A stretch of DNA of 52,776 nucleotides from Parcubacteria group bacterium GW2011_GWA2_47_26 (GCA_001001705.1 LCOG01000008.1:1-52776); one strand, 5' to 3'; positions 8,297 to 16,847 are shown, counted from the first letter of the stretch. Numbers and translations are program-made. Notes: a model not told the origin generated them from the sequence alone.

Positions 8297-9586
8297 CTAT
8301 GACAGCCATTCTTGACTTTGCCGACATAGCAACTCCTTTGCCTTGAGCGGTTCGGCCATTAATCCCCCTACCAGTTGCTCCATACGCATGCTTTGCGACC
8401 CTTTGATTAAGAGTAAATCTCCCGGTTTTATGCGTTCTTGTAAAAAATGCTCTACGCCGTCTTCAAGAGTATGAAAATGAAAAACGCGATCATTTGAAAG
8501 GCCGCTTTTAACAGCCTCTTCAAAAATCCATGCCGCGCTTGGACCAACGGCTAAGAGCACGTCTGCCTGTTTCGCGGCAATCCGACCCATTTCACGATGC
8601 TCTGCTTCAGTTAAATTGCCCAACTCAAGCATGTCGGCTAAAATTGCGTACCGTGTGGCGCCTTCTCTTAAAGAAAGGCGGCCCAGAGTTTCCAAAGCCG
8701 CTTTTGTCGCTTTAGGCGAGGCATTATAACTATCATCAATAATCCTCGCTCCCTTCACGCCGGCAATAATTCTCATCCGACCCGGAGGCGCGTTGTAATT
8801 TAAAAGCGCATTGGAGATTTCCACAAGATTCATCTCAAAAGCGCGTCCGACTGCCGCGGCGGCCAAGGCCGCGTATACATGCTGAAAACCCAAAGCGTTT
8901 CTTATATGCACAGGCACTGCCGCGCCATCTTGCACAGTTTTAAAATGGATACCGCCCAATTCCCCGCTTAACTGTATTTCAAGATGTTCTTGTATTTCTA
9001 TAGCCTTCAAATTAGCTCCGCTGACAATTCCATAGCCGACAACCGTGCCGTCTGTATATTCAGCAAAGGTCTGCACGATTTCATCATCCGTATTTAATAT
9101 CAATGTCCCCTCTTTTGGAATGGCTTCTGCCAAGCGCCGTTTTTCTACCGCAACCCGTTTTATGCTGCCGAAAAATTCCGTGTGTACCGGCGAAACAGCG
9201 GTTATAACTCCCACTCGCGGCGGAGCTAGTCTAACTAATTTTTGGATATCGCGAGGTCGATCCGCGGCCATTTCCAAAATCAAAATCGCTGGATAACGCG
9301 CCGGCATGATCAGTAGCCAAATTGCACGTAAAAATACTGTGAACCAGTGCACTAGAGATTTCCCCGGCGCCTTTGCGCCAATAATTGAAAGCGGAACGCC
9401 CAATTCGTTATTGTAATTCTTAGGTGATGCCCAGGTTGAAAACTTTGACGAGAGCACAGCCTGTATAGCTTCTTTAGTGGAAGTTTTGCCCACTGATCCA
9501 GTAATCCCCACAATTGTAGGACGATATTTTCGAAGTATTAAACGTGCAAACAGCTGGAGAAAACTGGTCAAAAAAGATTTTGTCAT
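8297..9586 (-). CDS. murF: UDP-N-acetylmuramoyl-tripeptide--D-alanyl-D-alanine ligase
   Basis: Mur ligase P-loop ITGSVGKTSTKE, the MurF-typical NYNNELGVPLS, and DDSYNASP. Length is 429 aa. It sits directly after the PBP gene, as in a dcw cluster. Confidence 0.9.
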   Translation of the reverse strand: MTKSFLTSFLQLFARLILRKYRPTIVGITGSVGKTSTKEAIQAVLSSKFSTWASPKNYNNELGVPLSIIGAKAPGKSLVHWFTVFLRAIWLLIMPARYPAILILEMAADRPRDIQKLVRLAPPRVGVITAVSPVHTEFFGSIKRVAVEKRRLAEAIPKEGTLILNTDDEIVQTFAEYTDGTVVGYGIVSGANLKAIEIQEHLEIQLSGELGGIHFKTVQDGAAVPVHIRNALGFQHVYAALAAAAVGRAFEMNLVEISNALLNYNAPPGRMRIIAGVKGARIIDDSYNASPKATKAALETLGRLSLREGATRYAILADMLELGNLTEAEHREMGRIAAKQADVLLAVGPSAAWIFEEAVKSGLSNDRVFHFHTLEDGVEHFLQERIKPGDLLLIKGSQSMRMEQLVGGLMAEPLKAKELLCRQSQEWLS

Positions 9587-9592
9587 AAAATT

Positions 9593-11473
9593 TTATGGTT
9601 CAACTGGCCTGCTAGGCTTTACTTCAAAATATTGTAGCAAAAATTTGGCTATATCGCCAAAAAGCGGCGCGGCAGTGCTTTCCGCGAATTGCACGCCACG
9701 CGGACGATCAATGCGCGTTAACATGACAAAACGCGGATCTTCTACTGGCGCAAATCCCGCAAAAGTTCCAATAGTTGCTCCCTGCTCATATCCCGGTCCG
9801 TCGCGGCGCGGAATTTGGGCAGTGCCTGTTTTTCCCGCTACATAATACCCCGGCACTCCCGCGCGTTTTCCATGGCCGCGTTCAACAGTCGAAGTCATCA
9901 TTCCCTTTAGCAACGTTGCGGCTTGCACTGAAATCACTTCACGTATTGTTTCCGGCGCAAATTGCACGACAGCCCCGGTGTTTTTTCGTATCTCCTCAAC
10001 AATATATGGCTTAACAAGCTTACCCTGATTGGCAATCGCCGCAAAAGCGGTAACCAACTGAATAGGCGTAACAGCAATACCTTGACCAAATGACGCCGTC
10101 GCCAAATAAATTTCACCCCGTTTTGAAAGCGCGCCTATATCGCCGTCAACTTCGGTGTCTAATTGAATATCCGTTTTCTTGCCAAAACCAAAACGCTCAA
10201 TATAATCTTGAAAACGATCAAACCCAACTTTTTCAGCGGCAAAAATCGCGCCGGTATTTAACGACTGTTCAAGCACCTGCGTCATGGTTTGCACGCCATG
10301 AGCTTTATTGTCAGAATTATTAATTTTATGCAGCCCAACTTTTATTTCACCGGTATCAGTATATGTTGTTTCAGGGGTCACCTCGCCGCTATCAAGCGCC
10401 GCCGCCATAGTTATGACCTTAAATACTGAACCCGGCTCATATTGCGCGGAAATTATTGGGTTATTAAAAACCGCTATATCTTCAACAGAGCGATACTCAT
10501 TCGGATTGAAACTGGGAGAATTGCACATTGCTAAAATTTTTCCTTCCGGGATTTTCATGATGATTACTGATCCTCCCGCGGCATCATATCGGTTGATAGT
10601 TTCTTCCAATTTATTGCAAGCGACATATTCAATAGCCCTATCAATTGTCAAAACTATTGCGCTTCCATCTTGTGCGGGCTGAAGTTCACGTCGCGAAACC
10701 GGAATCCAGCGTCCACCCACATCTTTCTCCCCCTCAAAAAAACCTGGAGCCCCCGCTAATTCATGGTTAAAATAACCCTCAATTCCATAACGGCCGGCTA
10801 ATTTATCGCCTTCGGCACCAACAAAACCGGCAATCTGCGCGCCAATCTCTTTGTTAGGATAATAGCGCACAGATTCTCGCACTGTGTCAATTCCCGCGAT
10901 ATGCAGCTCCTTAATCTGATCAACTACAGACTCCTCAACGCCGTGTTTTAAGGGCTCATAGGGGTCATCGCTTTTTGATAGCCTATCTAATAATTTTTGA
11001 TATTCGTCATTTGCATCCGTCATCGCGAGCCCCGATCCCGCCATCGCGGGACGGGGCGTGGCGATCTCAGGAGATTGCTTCGCTTCGCTCGCAATGACGT
11101 CGTGAGGACGCTTAATTCCAAACAATGGCGCGAGTTTATTAGCTGCATCCGCCGGATCGACAATCATTCTGGGGTCAGCATAAACCAAATAAAGATCCTT
11201 ATTTGTTGCCAGAGCAGTTAAACCGCCTCCTTTGCCTTCATGCATTAAAATTTCTCCTCGTTCAGGAAATAATTTGCGAAAAATTTCGCGTTGATCAGAA
11301 GCCAAAAGCCTATAAGTCGCGCTATCTAACACCTGTAATATAAATAGTCTAAAAATTATGATAAGACCAATAGCAACAAAAGCGCCCTTAATAATTTTAA
11401 GGCGCGTATCTGCGCGCGTAATTTTATGGCTAGTATAACTGCGCTTATTGCTATAACGACTAAAATAAGGCAT
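9593..11473 (-). CDS. ftsI: class B penicillin-binding protein (transpeptidase), FtsI-like
   Basis: N-terminal TM anchor. SxxK (GSVFKV), SxN (NSDN) and KTG (GKTGTAQ) motifs are present. The dcw-like position upstream of murF suggests ftsI, but pbpA/mrdA cannot be excluded. Confidence 0.85.
   Translation of the reverse strand: MPYFSRYSNKRSYTSHKITRADTRLKIIKGAFVAIGLIIIFRLFILQVLDSATYRLLASDQREIFRKLFPERGEILMHEGKGGGLTALATNKDLYLVYADPRMIVDPADAANKLAPLFGIKRPHDVIASEAKQSPEIATPRPAMAGSGLAMTDANDEYQKLLDRLSKSDDPYEPLKHGVEESVVDQIKELHIAGIDTVRESVRYYPNKEIGAQIAGFVGAEGDKLAGRYGIEGYFNHELAGAPGFFEGEKDVGGRWIPVSRRELQPAQDGSAIVLTIDRAIEYVACNKLEETINRYDAAGGSVIIMKIPEGKILAMCNSPSFNPNEYRSVEDIAVFNNPIISAQYEPGSVFKVITMAAALDSGEVTPETTYTDTGEIKVGLHKINNSDNKAHGVQTMTQVLEQSLNTGAIFAAEKVGFDRFQDYIERFGFGKKTDIQLDTEVDGDIGALSKRGEIYLATASFGQGIAVTPIQLVTAFAAIANQGKLVKPYIVEEIRKNTGAVVQFAPETIREVISVQAATLLKGMMTSTVERGHGKRAGVPGYYVAGKTGTAQIPRRDGPGYEQGATIGTFAGFAPVEDPRFVMLTRIDRPRGVQFAESTAAPLFGDIAKFLLQYFEVKPSRPVEP
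11019..11098 (-). repeat. GC-rich palindromic element translated in frame within the PBP gene
   Basis: On the minus strand GTCATTGCGAGCGAAGCGAAGCAATCTCC...GGGGCTCGCGATGAC, with inverted termini GTCATTGCGAGC and GCTCGCGATGAC. It encodes VIASEAKQSPEIATPRPAMAGSGLAMT in the non-catalytic N-terminal module. Confidence 0.75.
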
Positions 11474-11504
11474 AGCCGAAAGGCGGTCTAAAGACCATCA
11501 CTAA

Positions 11505-11544
11505 ACAAGGCTAAGCCTTGGGTCGCCCAAGGCCTTAGCCTTGT
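11505..11544. repeat. composite hairpin made of two CAAGGCTAAGCCTTG-type palindromes
   Basis: ACAAGGCTAAGCCTTGGGTCGCCCAAGGCCTTAGCCTTGT, in the spacer upstream of the PBP gene. Confidence 0.8.
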
Positions 11545-11574
11545 GCCAAATTTTGGAAGCCATGTAAACCATGT

Positions 11575-11976
11575 TTAACGTCTCGCAGTTAAGATAGACA
11601 TCACTTTACCGCCCAGCAAAGCGCCTATAAAAGACACCAATGCGCCATATAAAATTATAGGCCGCCATTGCGCAGTCGTAATAAAGTACACTGCAAAAGC
11701 TGGCAAGGTTCCCACCAGATAAACTATCACACCATACAACCATCCCGAATCGCGTTTAACGCCATAAACCGCAAAGCCAATTGCCCACATTATTCCAATA
11801 AAAAGTGAAACCAGTAAATGCTCTATTTGCCAGCCCGGAAGCAGCGCCGTATTTGGTATAGCAATTGCCAAAGGCACCACGGGTAAAAACTTGGATAACC
11901 CCCAAATCAGCAGTGAAATAACATAAAACAACAAACCAACAACCAATCCTGCTCCTAGAATTTTTTTATTGTTCAT
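11575..11976 (-). CDS. hypothetical integral membrane protein (4 TM)
   Basis: 133-aa hydrophobic ORF. Its ATG overlaps the stop of the upstream gene (ATGA). Confidence 0.5.
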   Translation of the reverse strand: MNNKKILGAGLVVGLLFYVISLLIWGLSKFLPVVPLAIAIPNTALLPGWQIEHLLVSLFIGIMWAIGFAVYGVKRDSGWLYGVIVYLVGTLPAFAVYFITTAQWRPIILYGALVSFIGALLGGKVMSILTARR

Positions 11977-12968
11977 CGCATATCACCTCCTATCTTATCA
12001 TTGCCCAGCGGATTGTATCCGTTTTCAATCTCGTCGCCGTCAAGATGTTCATCATCGTCGCTATCCGGATTAGCCGGATCAGTCCCATACACCTGCTCTA
12101 TTGTATCAGGAAGATGATCGCCATCAAAATCCGCTGAAAATTGCTGAATAGAAATGCGCGGGGATGTCAAAGATGACGGCATCGCGATTTTCTCCAAAAA
12201 AAGAGCTGCGTTTTCAAGTTTTGGAAAAACCTCTGCAACAGCTAAAAACCCCGATGGGGCATCCATCATCCAAACCGGCTCAAAACTAATCTGTCGGACA
12301 GTAATCTCTGACGCTTTCTCGCTCTTACCCAATTTCGCTTGTATATGCAAGCCTGCCGGCAGCCAAGTTTTAGAATTCAACATTATTTCCCCTTTAAAAT
12401 CTCGCAGTGCGCTGGGTGGCGCCTTAAATTCAAATGAATAATGGGCCTGCTTTTCATTGGACAAACGTCTGTCCAGTACAACATGGCTTACCGCATCAAA
12501 TAAAGCAAAAAGCGTTTGCGCTGTCTCCGGCGGCGCGTCTAATTTTATCCACTGATTATTAATAATTTTAAGCGGTAAAAAAGAAACTCTGATATAGTCG
12601 CCATCCTCCGCAAATCTTAGATCTCCCTTGAAGCGATAGTTATTTTTTTGATCATCTACAAGACCATCAAGATTTACTATCCCCTGCTTTTTCAAAAAAT
12701 CCAGTGACAACTTGGCCTGGCCTTTAAAACTAGGTAATTGTAAATAGGGTAGCTCCAGGGACACATCCGCTTCAAAAGTCACCGCGTTTTTTGTTCGTAA
12801 TGCTTGCACTGTCCTGAATTGCGCTGCCGCCGGCGGAATCCAAATCTGTGCGATTATCAATAAACCAATGCTGATTAATAATGCAACAAAAGCCACGGTT
12901 AATCGCATATCGAGTCGTAAAGAGAAACGTTCTCTAAATAGGCGGCGCTTTGACTTCTTCCCACTCAT
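11973..12968 (-). CDS. membrane-anchored protein with C-terminal thrombospondin type-3-like Ca-binding repeats
   Basis: TM anchor LTVAFVALLISIGLLIIAQIW. C-terminus DFDGDHLPDTIEQVYGTDPANPDSDDDEHLDGDEIENGYNPLG. A more likely start is the internal Met at 12908 (MRLTVAF). Confidence 0.55.
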   Translation of the reverse strand: MSGKKSKRRLFRERFSLRLDMRLTVAFVALLISIGLLIIAQIWIPPAAAQFRTVQALRTKNAVTFEADVSLELPYLQLPSFKGQAKLSLDFLKKQGIVNLDGLVDDQKNNYRFKGDLRFAEDGDYIRVSFLPLKIINNQWIKLDAPPETAQTLFALFDAVSHVVLDRRLSNEKQAHYSFEFKAPPSALRDFKGEIMLNSKTWLPAGLHIQAKLGKSEKASEITVRQISFEPVWMMDAPSGFLAVAEVFPKLENAALFLEKIAMPSSLTSPRISIQQFSADFDGDHLPDTIEQVYGTDPANPDSDDDEHLDGDEIENGYNPLGNDKIGGDMR

Positions 12969-13257
12969 TTAAGCCATCGCTCCATTTATAAGCTTTAAAT
13001 CTATGCGACACCTCATCCGGCGAGTAACTATACTCAATTTTTGAAGCGCTGCCGCCCAATTTTGAATATATGGTTTTTTTATCAAGCACAACCGGTTGAG
13101 TCGTGCGCTCTAATTTCATTTTGCCTTGCGGGCTGTCAAAACTAATAAATTCAACATACGCGTTCGGTATATATTCCAAATCATACCGGCCTTCTTCAAC
13201 CGCCTTGAATTTAGTTTTAACCATTGCTTTTATCTCATTCCACTTGTCGTCGCGCAT
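12934..13257 (-). CDS. hypothetical protein
   Basis: I place the start at the ATG at 13255-13257 (MRDDKWNEIK...), which is the last 3 nt of the right inverted repeat of the GIY-YIG unit. No family motif. Confidence 0.45.
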   Translation of the reverse strand: MRDDKWNEIKAMVKTKFKAVEEGRYDLEYIPNAYVEFISFDSPQGKMKLERTTQPVVLDKKTIYSKLGGSASKIEYSYSPDEVSHRFKAYKWSDGLNEWEEVKAPPI

Positions 13258-13550
13258 ACCCGGTGTCACAACTTCGATTTATAGTATAAGATTAAACGTT
13301 TTGCAAGAAAACGGCGTCCCCGAGTTGTCTTCAGATATTGCTCGCGTCGGCGCGCATCTTCTTCGTTGGTACATACTTCCGCATAAATGAACCGCATAGG
13401 TAGTCGTGATTTTGTGGAGAATACTTCTCCTTTATAATGTTGTAGAAGTCTTTGTTTAAGATTAGTTGTAAATCCTATATACCGATTGCCATCTTTCCTG
13501 CTCTCTAATATATAGACCCAGAAACCTATCGAAGTTGTGGCACCGGACAT
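13258..13550 (-). mobile_element. 293-bp unit: GIY-YIG nuclease ORF bracketed by 17-nt inverted repeats
   Basis: Left arm ATGTCCGGTGCCACAAC (13550-13534) and right arm GTTGTGACACCGGGTAT(G) (13272-13255) are complementary at 15 of 17 positions. The same arms bound the shorter copies at 1246-1349 and 42483-42609. Confidence 0.7.
13266..13550 (-). CDS. small GIY-YIG domain nuclease (94 aa)
   Basis: WVYILES...NRYIGFTTNLKQRLLQH...EEDARRREQYLK gives the GIY, YIG, Arg and Glu motifs. The start is set at the internal ATG (MSGATTSIGF), 4 nt after the pilT stop. The track start at 13601 would overlap pilT by 47 nt. Confidence 0.75.
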   Translation of the reverse strand: MSGATTSIGFWVYILESRKDGNRYIGFTTNLKQRLLQHYKGEVFSTKSRLPMRFIYAEVCTNEEDARRREQYLKTTRGRRFLAKRLILYYKSKL

Positions 13551-13554
13551 ACTC

Positions 13555-14589
13555 CTAAAAATATCTCCCTTTTTCCGATCCGCGATGCTTAGCCACGACA
13601 TCGGAAATAACGCCGTCTTGATAAAGTTTCTTGACTGCCATTTCCATGGTAACCATGCCGTCCCTTACTGAAGTTTGTATTACAGAGGCAATTTGCGCAA
13701 CACGATGCTCGCGAATCAAATTTGCAATAGCGGGATTAACCAACATAATTTCTCGCGCCGCAACAAGTCCACCACGTACAGTGGGTAAAAGCTGCTGCGC
13801 AATTACTGCCCGCAAGGTTGAGGCGAGCTGAATTAATACTTGGCGCTGACGGACCCCTTCAAACATATCAATAATCCGCTCTACCGTATCGGCCGCTGTC
13901 GGCGTGTGCAAAGTTGAAAGCACTAAATGTCCTGTTTCCGCCGCGGTTAATGCGGCCTGTATGGTTTCAAGGTCGCGCATTTCTCCAACCAAAATAACAT
14001 TGGGATCTTGCCGTAAAACATACTTCAAAGCGCTGGCGAACGAAGGCGTATCCTCCCCTACTTCTCTTTGCTCAATCATGCTTTTTGTATTCGTGTAGAG
14101 AAATTCTATCGGATCTTCTATCGTGATAATATGCGCTGACCTCTCCCGATTAATAATTTCAATCATCGCCGCAAGAGTTGTAGACTTTCCACAACCAGAC
14201 GGTCCAGTTACAAGAATTAGGCCGTGATTTAAATGGGTCAACGCATACATCACTTCAGAAAATCCCAAATCTTCCGGAGTGGGTATTTGTTGCGGAATCA
14301 AACGAGCCGCTAGACCAATCTGTCCCCGCTGAAAATGCAGATTGACGCGAAAGCGCCAATTATCATAAGAATATGCAAAATCCAGCTCGCGCTCATGCTC
14401 AAAATCCGCAAACTGTTCTTTAGTCAAAAGTTCAGTCAATAAACCGGCGAGATCGGTTTTTGTTAAAGGTGTATCCTCTACCGCTATAAGTTCGGAGGCA
14501 ATTCGCAAAGTCGGTTTCGTGCCGGCAATCAAGTGCAGATCCGAAGCTTTTTTATCAATGGCTAACTGAAAATATTTGTCAATTTTCAT
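13555..14589 (-). CDS. pilT: type IV pilus retraction ATPase PilT
   Basis: Walker A GPSGCGKSTT, Asp box, Walker B ILVGEMRD and His box TGHLVLSTLHT. The 344-aa length is typical of PilT. Confidence 0.9.
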   Translation of the reverse strand: MKIDKYFQLAIDKKASDLHLIAGTKPTLRIASELIAVEDTPLTKTDLAGLLTELLTKEQFADFEHERELDFAYSYDNWRFRVNLHFQRGQIGLAARLIPQQIPTPEDLGFSEVMYALTHLNHGLILVTGPSGCGKSTTLAAMIEIINRERSAHIITIEDPIEFLYTNTKSMIEQREVGEDTPSFASALKYVLRQDPNVILVGEMRDLETIQAALTAAETGHLVLSTLHTPTAADTVERIIDMFEGVRQRQVLIQLASTLRAVIAQQLLPTVRGGLVAAREIMLVNPAIANLIREHRVAQIASVIQTSVRDGMVTMEMAVKKLYQDGVISDVVAKHRGSEKGRYF

Positions 14590-14625
14590 ACCGTTAGAGG
14601 CAGGTCATCCTTAGACGACCGTACC
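14590..14625 (-). repeat. CTCTAACGG-type hairpin abutting the pilT start codon
   Basis: On the minus strand GGTCGTC-taag-GATGACC then TGCCTCTAACGGT then ATG. It shares GACCTGC(Y)TCTAACGG with the element at 45516-45630. Confidence 0.6.
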
Positions 14626-14720
14626 TAGTTAAATTATTAAATTGTTTATATTTTACACAAGTTATGACGACCACTGAAATAAATTGCCAAAAAAATCTAA
14701 AAATATATCAAAGAAATTTC

Positions 14721-15078
14721 GGGCTATTTCATATAACGGACGGAACGCGCCGCCCGTTGGCCAAAAGGCGAAGTCCGAGCAGAGCGAGGATTTCGCCAGC
14801 GAGCCCCGTACCAAAGCAGAGCTTGGTACGGGGTAGACTCCGCGAGCGATGTTGGCCAACGTTTCGCGATATCCGACGTTCCCGACCGAGACGAGCGGTA
14901 CAATCGCCCTGCCACAAGCGGGGCCACCGCGCAGGCGAGGAAGGGAATGTAGGAGAGGGCACAATTGTCGTTAGTCTAGCGACTTCTTATCTGTTGGGCA
15001 ATTGTTACTGACCAGACACTGCGTCCTCACGAACCGCGCCCGAACCGCATATCCGATGTTGTGCGCCGTAAAAAGCCC
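14721..15078. ncRNA. candidate structured RNA of about 360 nt, class and strand unresolved
   Basis: A GC-rich island inside AT-rich flanks with no credible ORF. The ends can pair (GGGCTATTT with AAAAAGCCC). Internal perfect hairpin CCCCGTACCAA-agcagagc-TTGGTACGGGG. There are RNase P-like strings (GGCGAAGTCCGAGC, GCGGTACAATCGCC, CCACCGCGCAGGCGAGGAAGGG), but I could not build a P4 helix. Confidence 0.3.
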
Positions 15079-15683
15079 TACCTATACTTATCGTTTAATT
15101 TTTTTATCTGATCCTGAACTTCTGTAAGAATGTTTTGTTGAGCTTCTTTATCCAACGATCTCAAGGCAAAGCAGTCAAGTATATTGCCATCAGAATCGAC
15201 TTCAAAATGAATAGGGCTAAATCTACGCCCTCGTTCATCATCTAATGATTGGCCATCTTTCATAACGAATATAAGAATTATCGCATATTCTGAAGATCCA
15301 GATTTAAGATTTCTGTGCCTGTTCAGTATGAGATGAACGGTATCTCCAACTGCAGCTTTATATAAATCAGATTCATAGTCACGGGCGTGTCCCATTTTTG
15401 ATTGTGTTCGTCTCTCCCATTTTGTGTTAGGATCTGCTGAATAAATTCTTAAAGCCTCTAAAGTTAAATCTCGTTCTTCTTCTTCGTATTTATCGTGGCA
15501 CGATAATAATCGTTGATAATCCTGATATTCTTGTTTTGTGAGATACTCTTTAAGAGGAGGCCACGTTGATCCCTTAAACTGGGTCTCATATTTTTTCTGA
15601 TATCTAATATCGTCTGCAGCTGCTTCAATTTTCCATTTCTCTGACGCCTTATTATCTGTAAAGTACCTATTAATGTTATCCAA
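15078..15683 (-). CDS. hypothetical protein (AT-rich orphan)
   Basis: 201-aa ORF, highly charged, with no recognisable motif. It sits next to the only plus-strand tRNA. Confidence 0.45.
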   Translation of the reverse strand: MDNINRYFTDNKASEKWKIEAAADDIRYQKKYETQFKGSTWPPLKEYLTKQEYQDYQRLLSCHDKYEEEERDLTLEALRIYSADPNTKWERRTQSKMGHARDYESDLYKAAVGDTVHLILNRHRNLKSGSSEYAIILIFVMKDGQSLDDERGRRFSPIHFEVDSDGNILDCFALRSLDKEAQQNILTEVQDQIKKLNDKYR

Positions 15684-15795
15684 TAATACCTTTTTTTGTG
15701 CTCTAAAATTTCTATAACATTTTTATCAGGATTTGATTCTTTCTCGTACATAATGATTATTTACTTCTAAGTATACTTTTAGTTAATACTAATAA

Positions 15796-15840
15796 TCCCG
15801 TTGAGTCTTAAAAGTAAATGCAGTTGTCTCTAACGGGATT
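15796..15840 (+). repeat. short CCCGTT/AACGGG hairpin
   Basis: AATCCCGTTGAGTC-(19 nt)-TCTCTAACGGGATT, with the same arm motif as 45516-45630 and 46895-46996. Confidence 0.6.
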
Positions 15841-15905
15841 CATACCTGTTGATTATACCGCATTGCTTGTCAAAACACAAGAAACGCGATACCATGTCAT
15901 ACTAA

Positions 15906-15979
15906 CGGGGTGTGGCCCAGTAGTCTAAGGCGCTGCGTTCGGGACGCAGAGATCGAGGGTGCGAATCCCTCCACCCCGA
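15906..15979 (+). tRNA. tRNA-Pro (anticodon CGG) with a non-canonical T-loop
   Basis: CGGGGTG..CTGCG-TTCGGGA-CGCAG..GAGGG-TGCGAAT-CCCTC-CACCCCG-A. The T-loop reads TGC where TTC is expected. It is the only RNA gene on the plus strand. Confidence 0.75.
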
Positions 15980-16010
15980 TTTTTGCAAATAAAACTCAAT
16001 CATGCCACAT

Positions 16011-16847
16011 TTAAATAATCTTTGACGCGGTTTTACGGGGAATAAATTGTGCGAGAATGATCAAGATAATTCCACCCGCAAATATTACTATCGACATTAT
16101 AAGCGCAGAGTTAAAGAGATTGTTGACCAAAAACCCCACAGCGCGCATTAGGCTTTCAGTCTGATCCGGCGCCTGTTCCGCCATAATCAAAGAAACCACT
16201 TTAGGCAGGCTTAACACGATAAGTCCCGCCAGCACACCGCCAAGAATCAGCACACCGCCAAGAAAACGCAATATCGAACGCATTGAGGTCATGGTCAGCA
16301 ATAGTATAAAAATTCCCAATACAATCAACAAGCCTAGTATAAGAGTCCTTATAAATTGCGCAAGACGGTAATAATTGCGCACCTCCTCTGCGCGGCTCAA
16401 AAAATTTTGTCGGCTATCCGACGGCATAATTTCAAGAATTGATAACTCATCCGGCACGCCCGGAATTCCTGTGCCGATATTTTGTTTTAACTCTTTCAGA
16501 TTGACCTTTATCACCAACTCTGAAGCTGGCCGATCAGAATTAAACCAAGCTAGCGCTGAATCCAGAGCTGCTTTTAATTGCGACTCAAAAAACTCCGGCG
16601 TGATTATGCGCGTAATCAGACTGCTCGCATCTTGCTTGCCCATCAAGGGCAACCCCGATTTATTCGCTTCACCTAATAATTGCATTCCCAGTTGATCAAC
16701 AGCCATCCCATAGAGATCAATCTCCTTGGCTGTTTGCACAAATAACTTTGAATCTCGCAAATGAGAAAATATACTCTGCGCTAAAATTGCAACAGCTAAT
16801 ATTAGGGAGGCTATCAATACACAAATAACAGCAAAACCTTTTTGCAT
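16011..16847 (-). CDS. hypothetical membrane protein (N-terminal anchor, extracytoplasmic domain, C-terminal TM bundle)
   Basis: 278-aa ORF with TM helices at both ends and no family motif. Confidence 0.5.
   Translation of the reverse strand: MQKGFAVICVLIASLILAVAILAQSIFSHLRDSKLFVQTAKEIDLYGMAVDQLGMQLLGEANKSGLPLMGKQDASSLITRIITPEFFESQLKAALDSALAWFNSDRPASELVIKVNLKELKQNIGTGIPGVPDELSILEIMPSDSRQNFLSRAEEVRNYYRLAQFIRTLILGLLIVLGIFILLLTMTSMRSILRFLGGVLILGGVLAGLIVLSLPKVVSLIMAEQAPDQTESLMRAVGFLVNNLFNSALIMSIVIFAGGIILIILAQFIPRKTASKII

Noticed and set aside
14662-15011. Overlapping ORFs of 100, 115, 67 and 77 aa in the GC-rich island
   Set aside because: They are mutually overlapping on both strands, are Arg/Pro/Gly-rich as expected from GC-rich non-coding DNA, and have no protein motifs. 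The region is treated as a candidate RNA instead.
14721-15078. Calling the GC-rich island RNase P RNA outright
   Set aside because: Several RNase P-like strings are present, but they are in the wrong order. I could not find a 3' strand complementary to the AAGUCCGAGC segment to form P4. The call is left as unresolved pending a covariance-model search.
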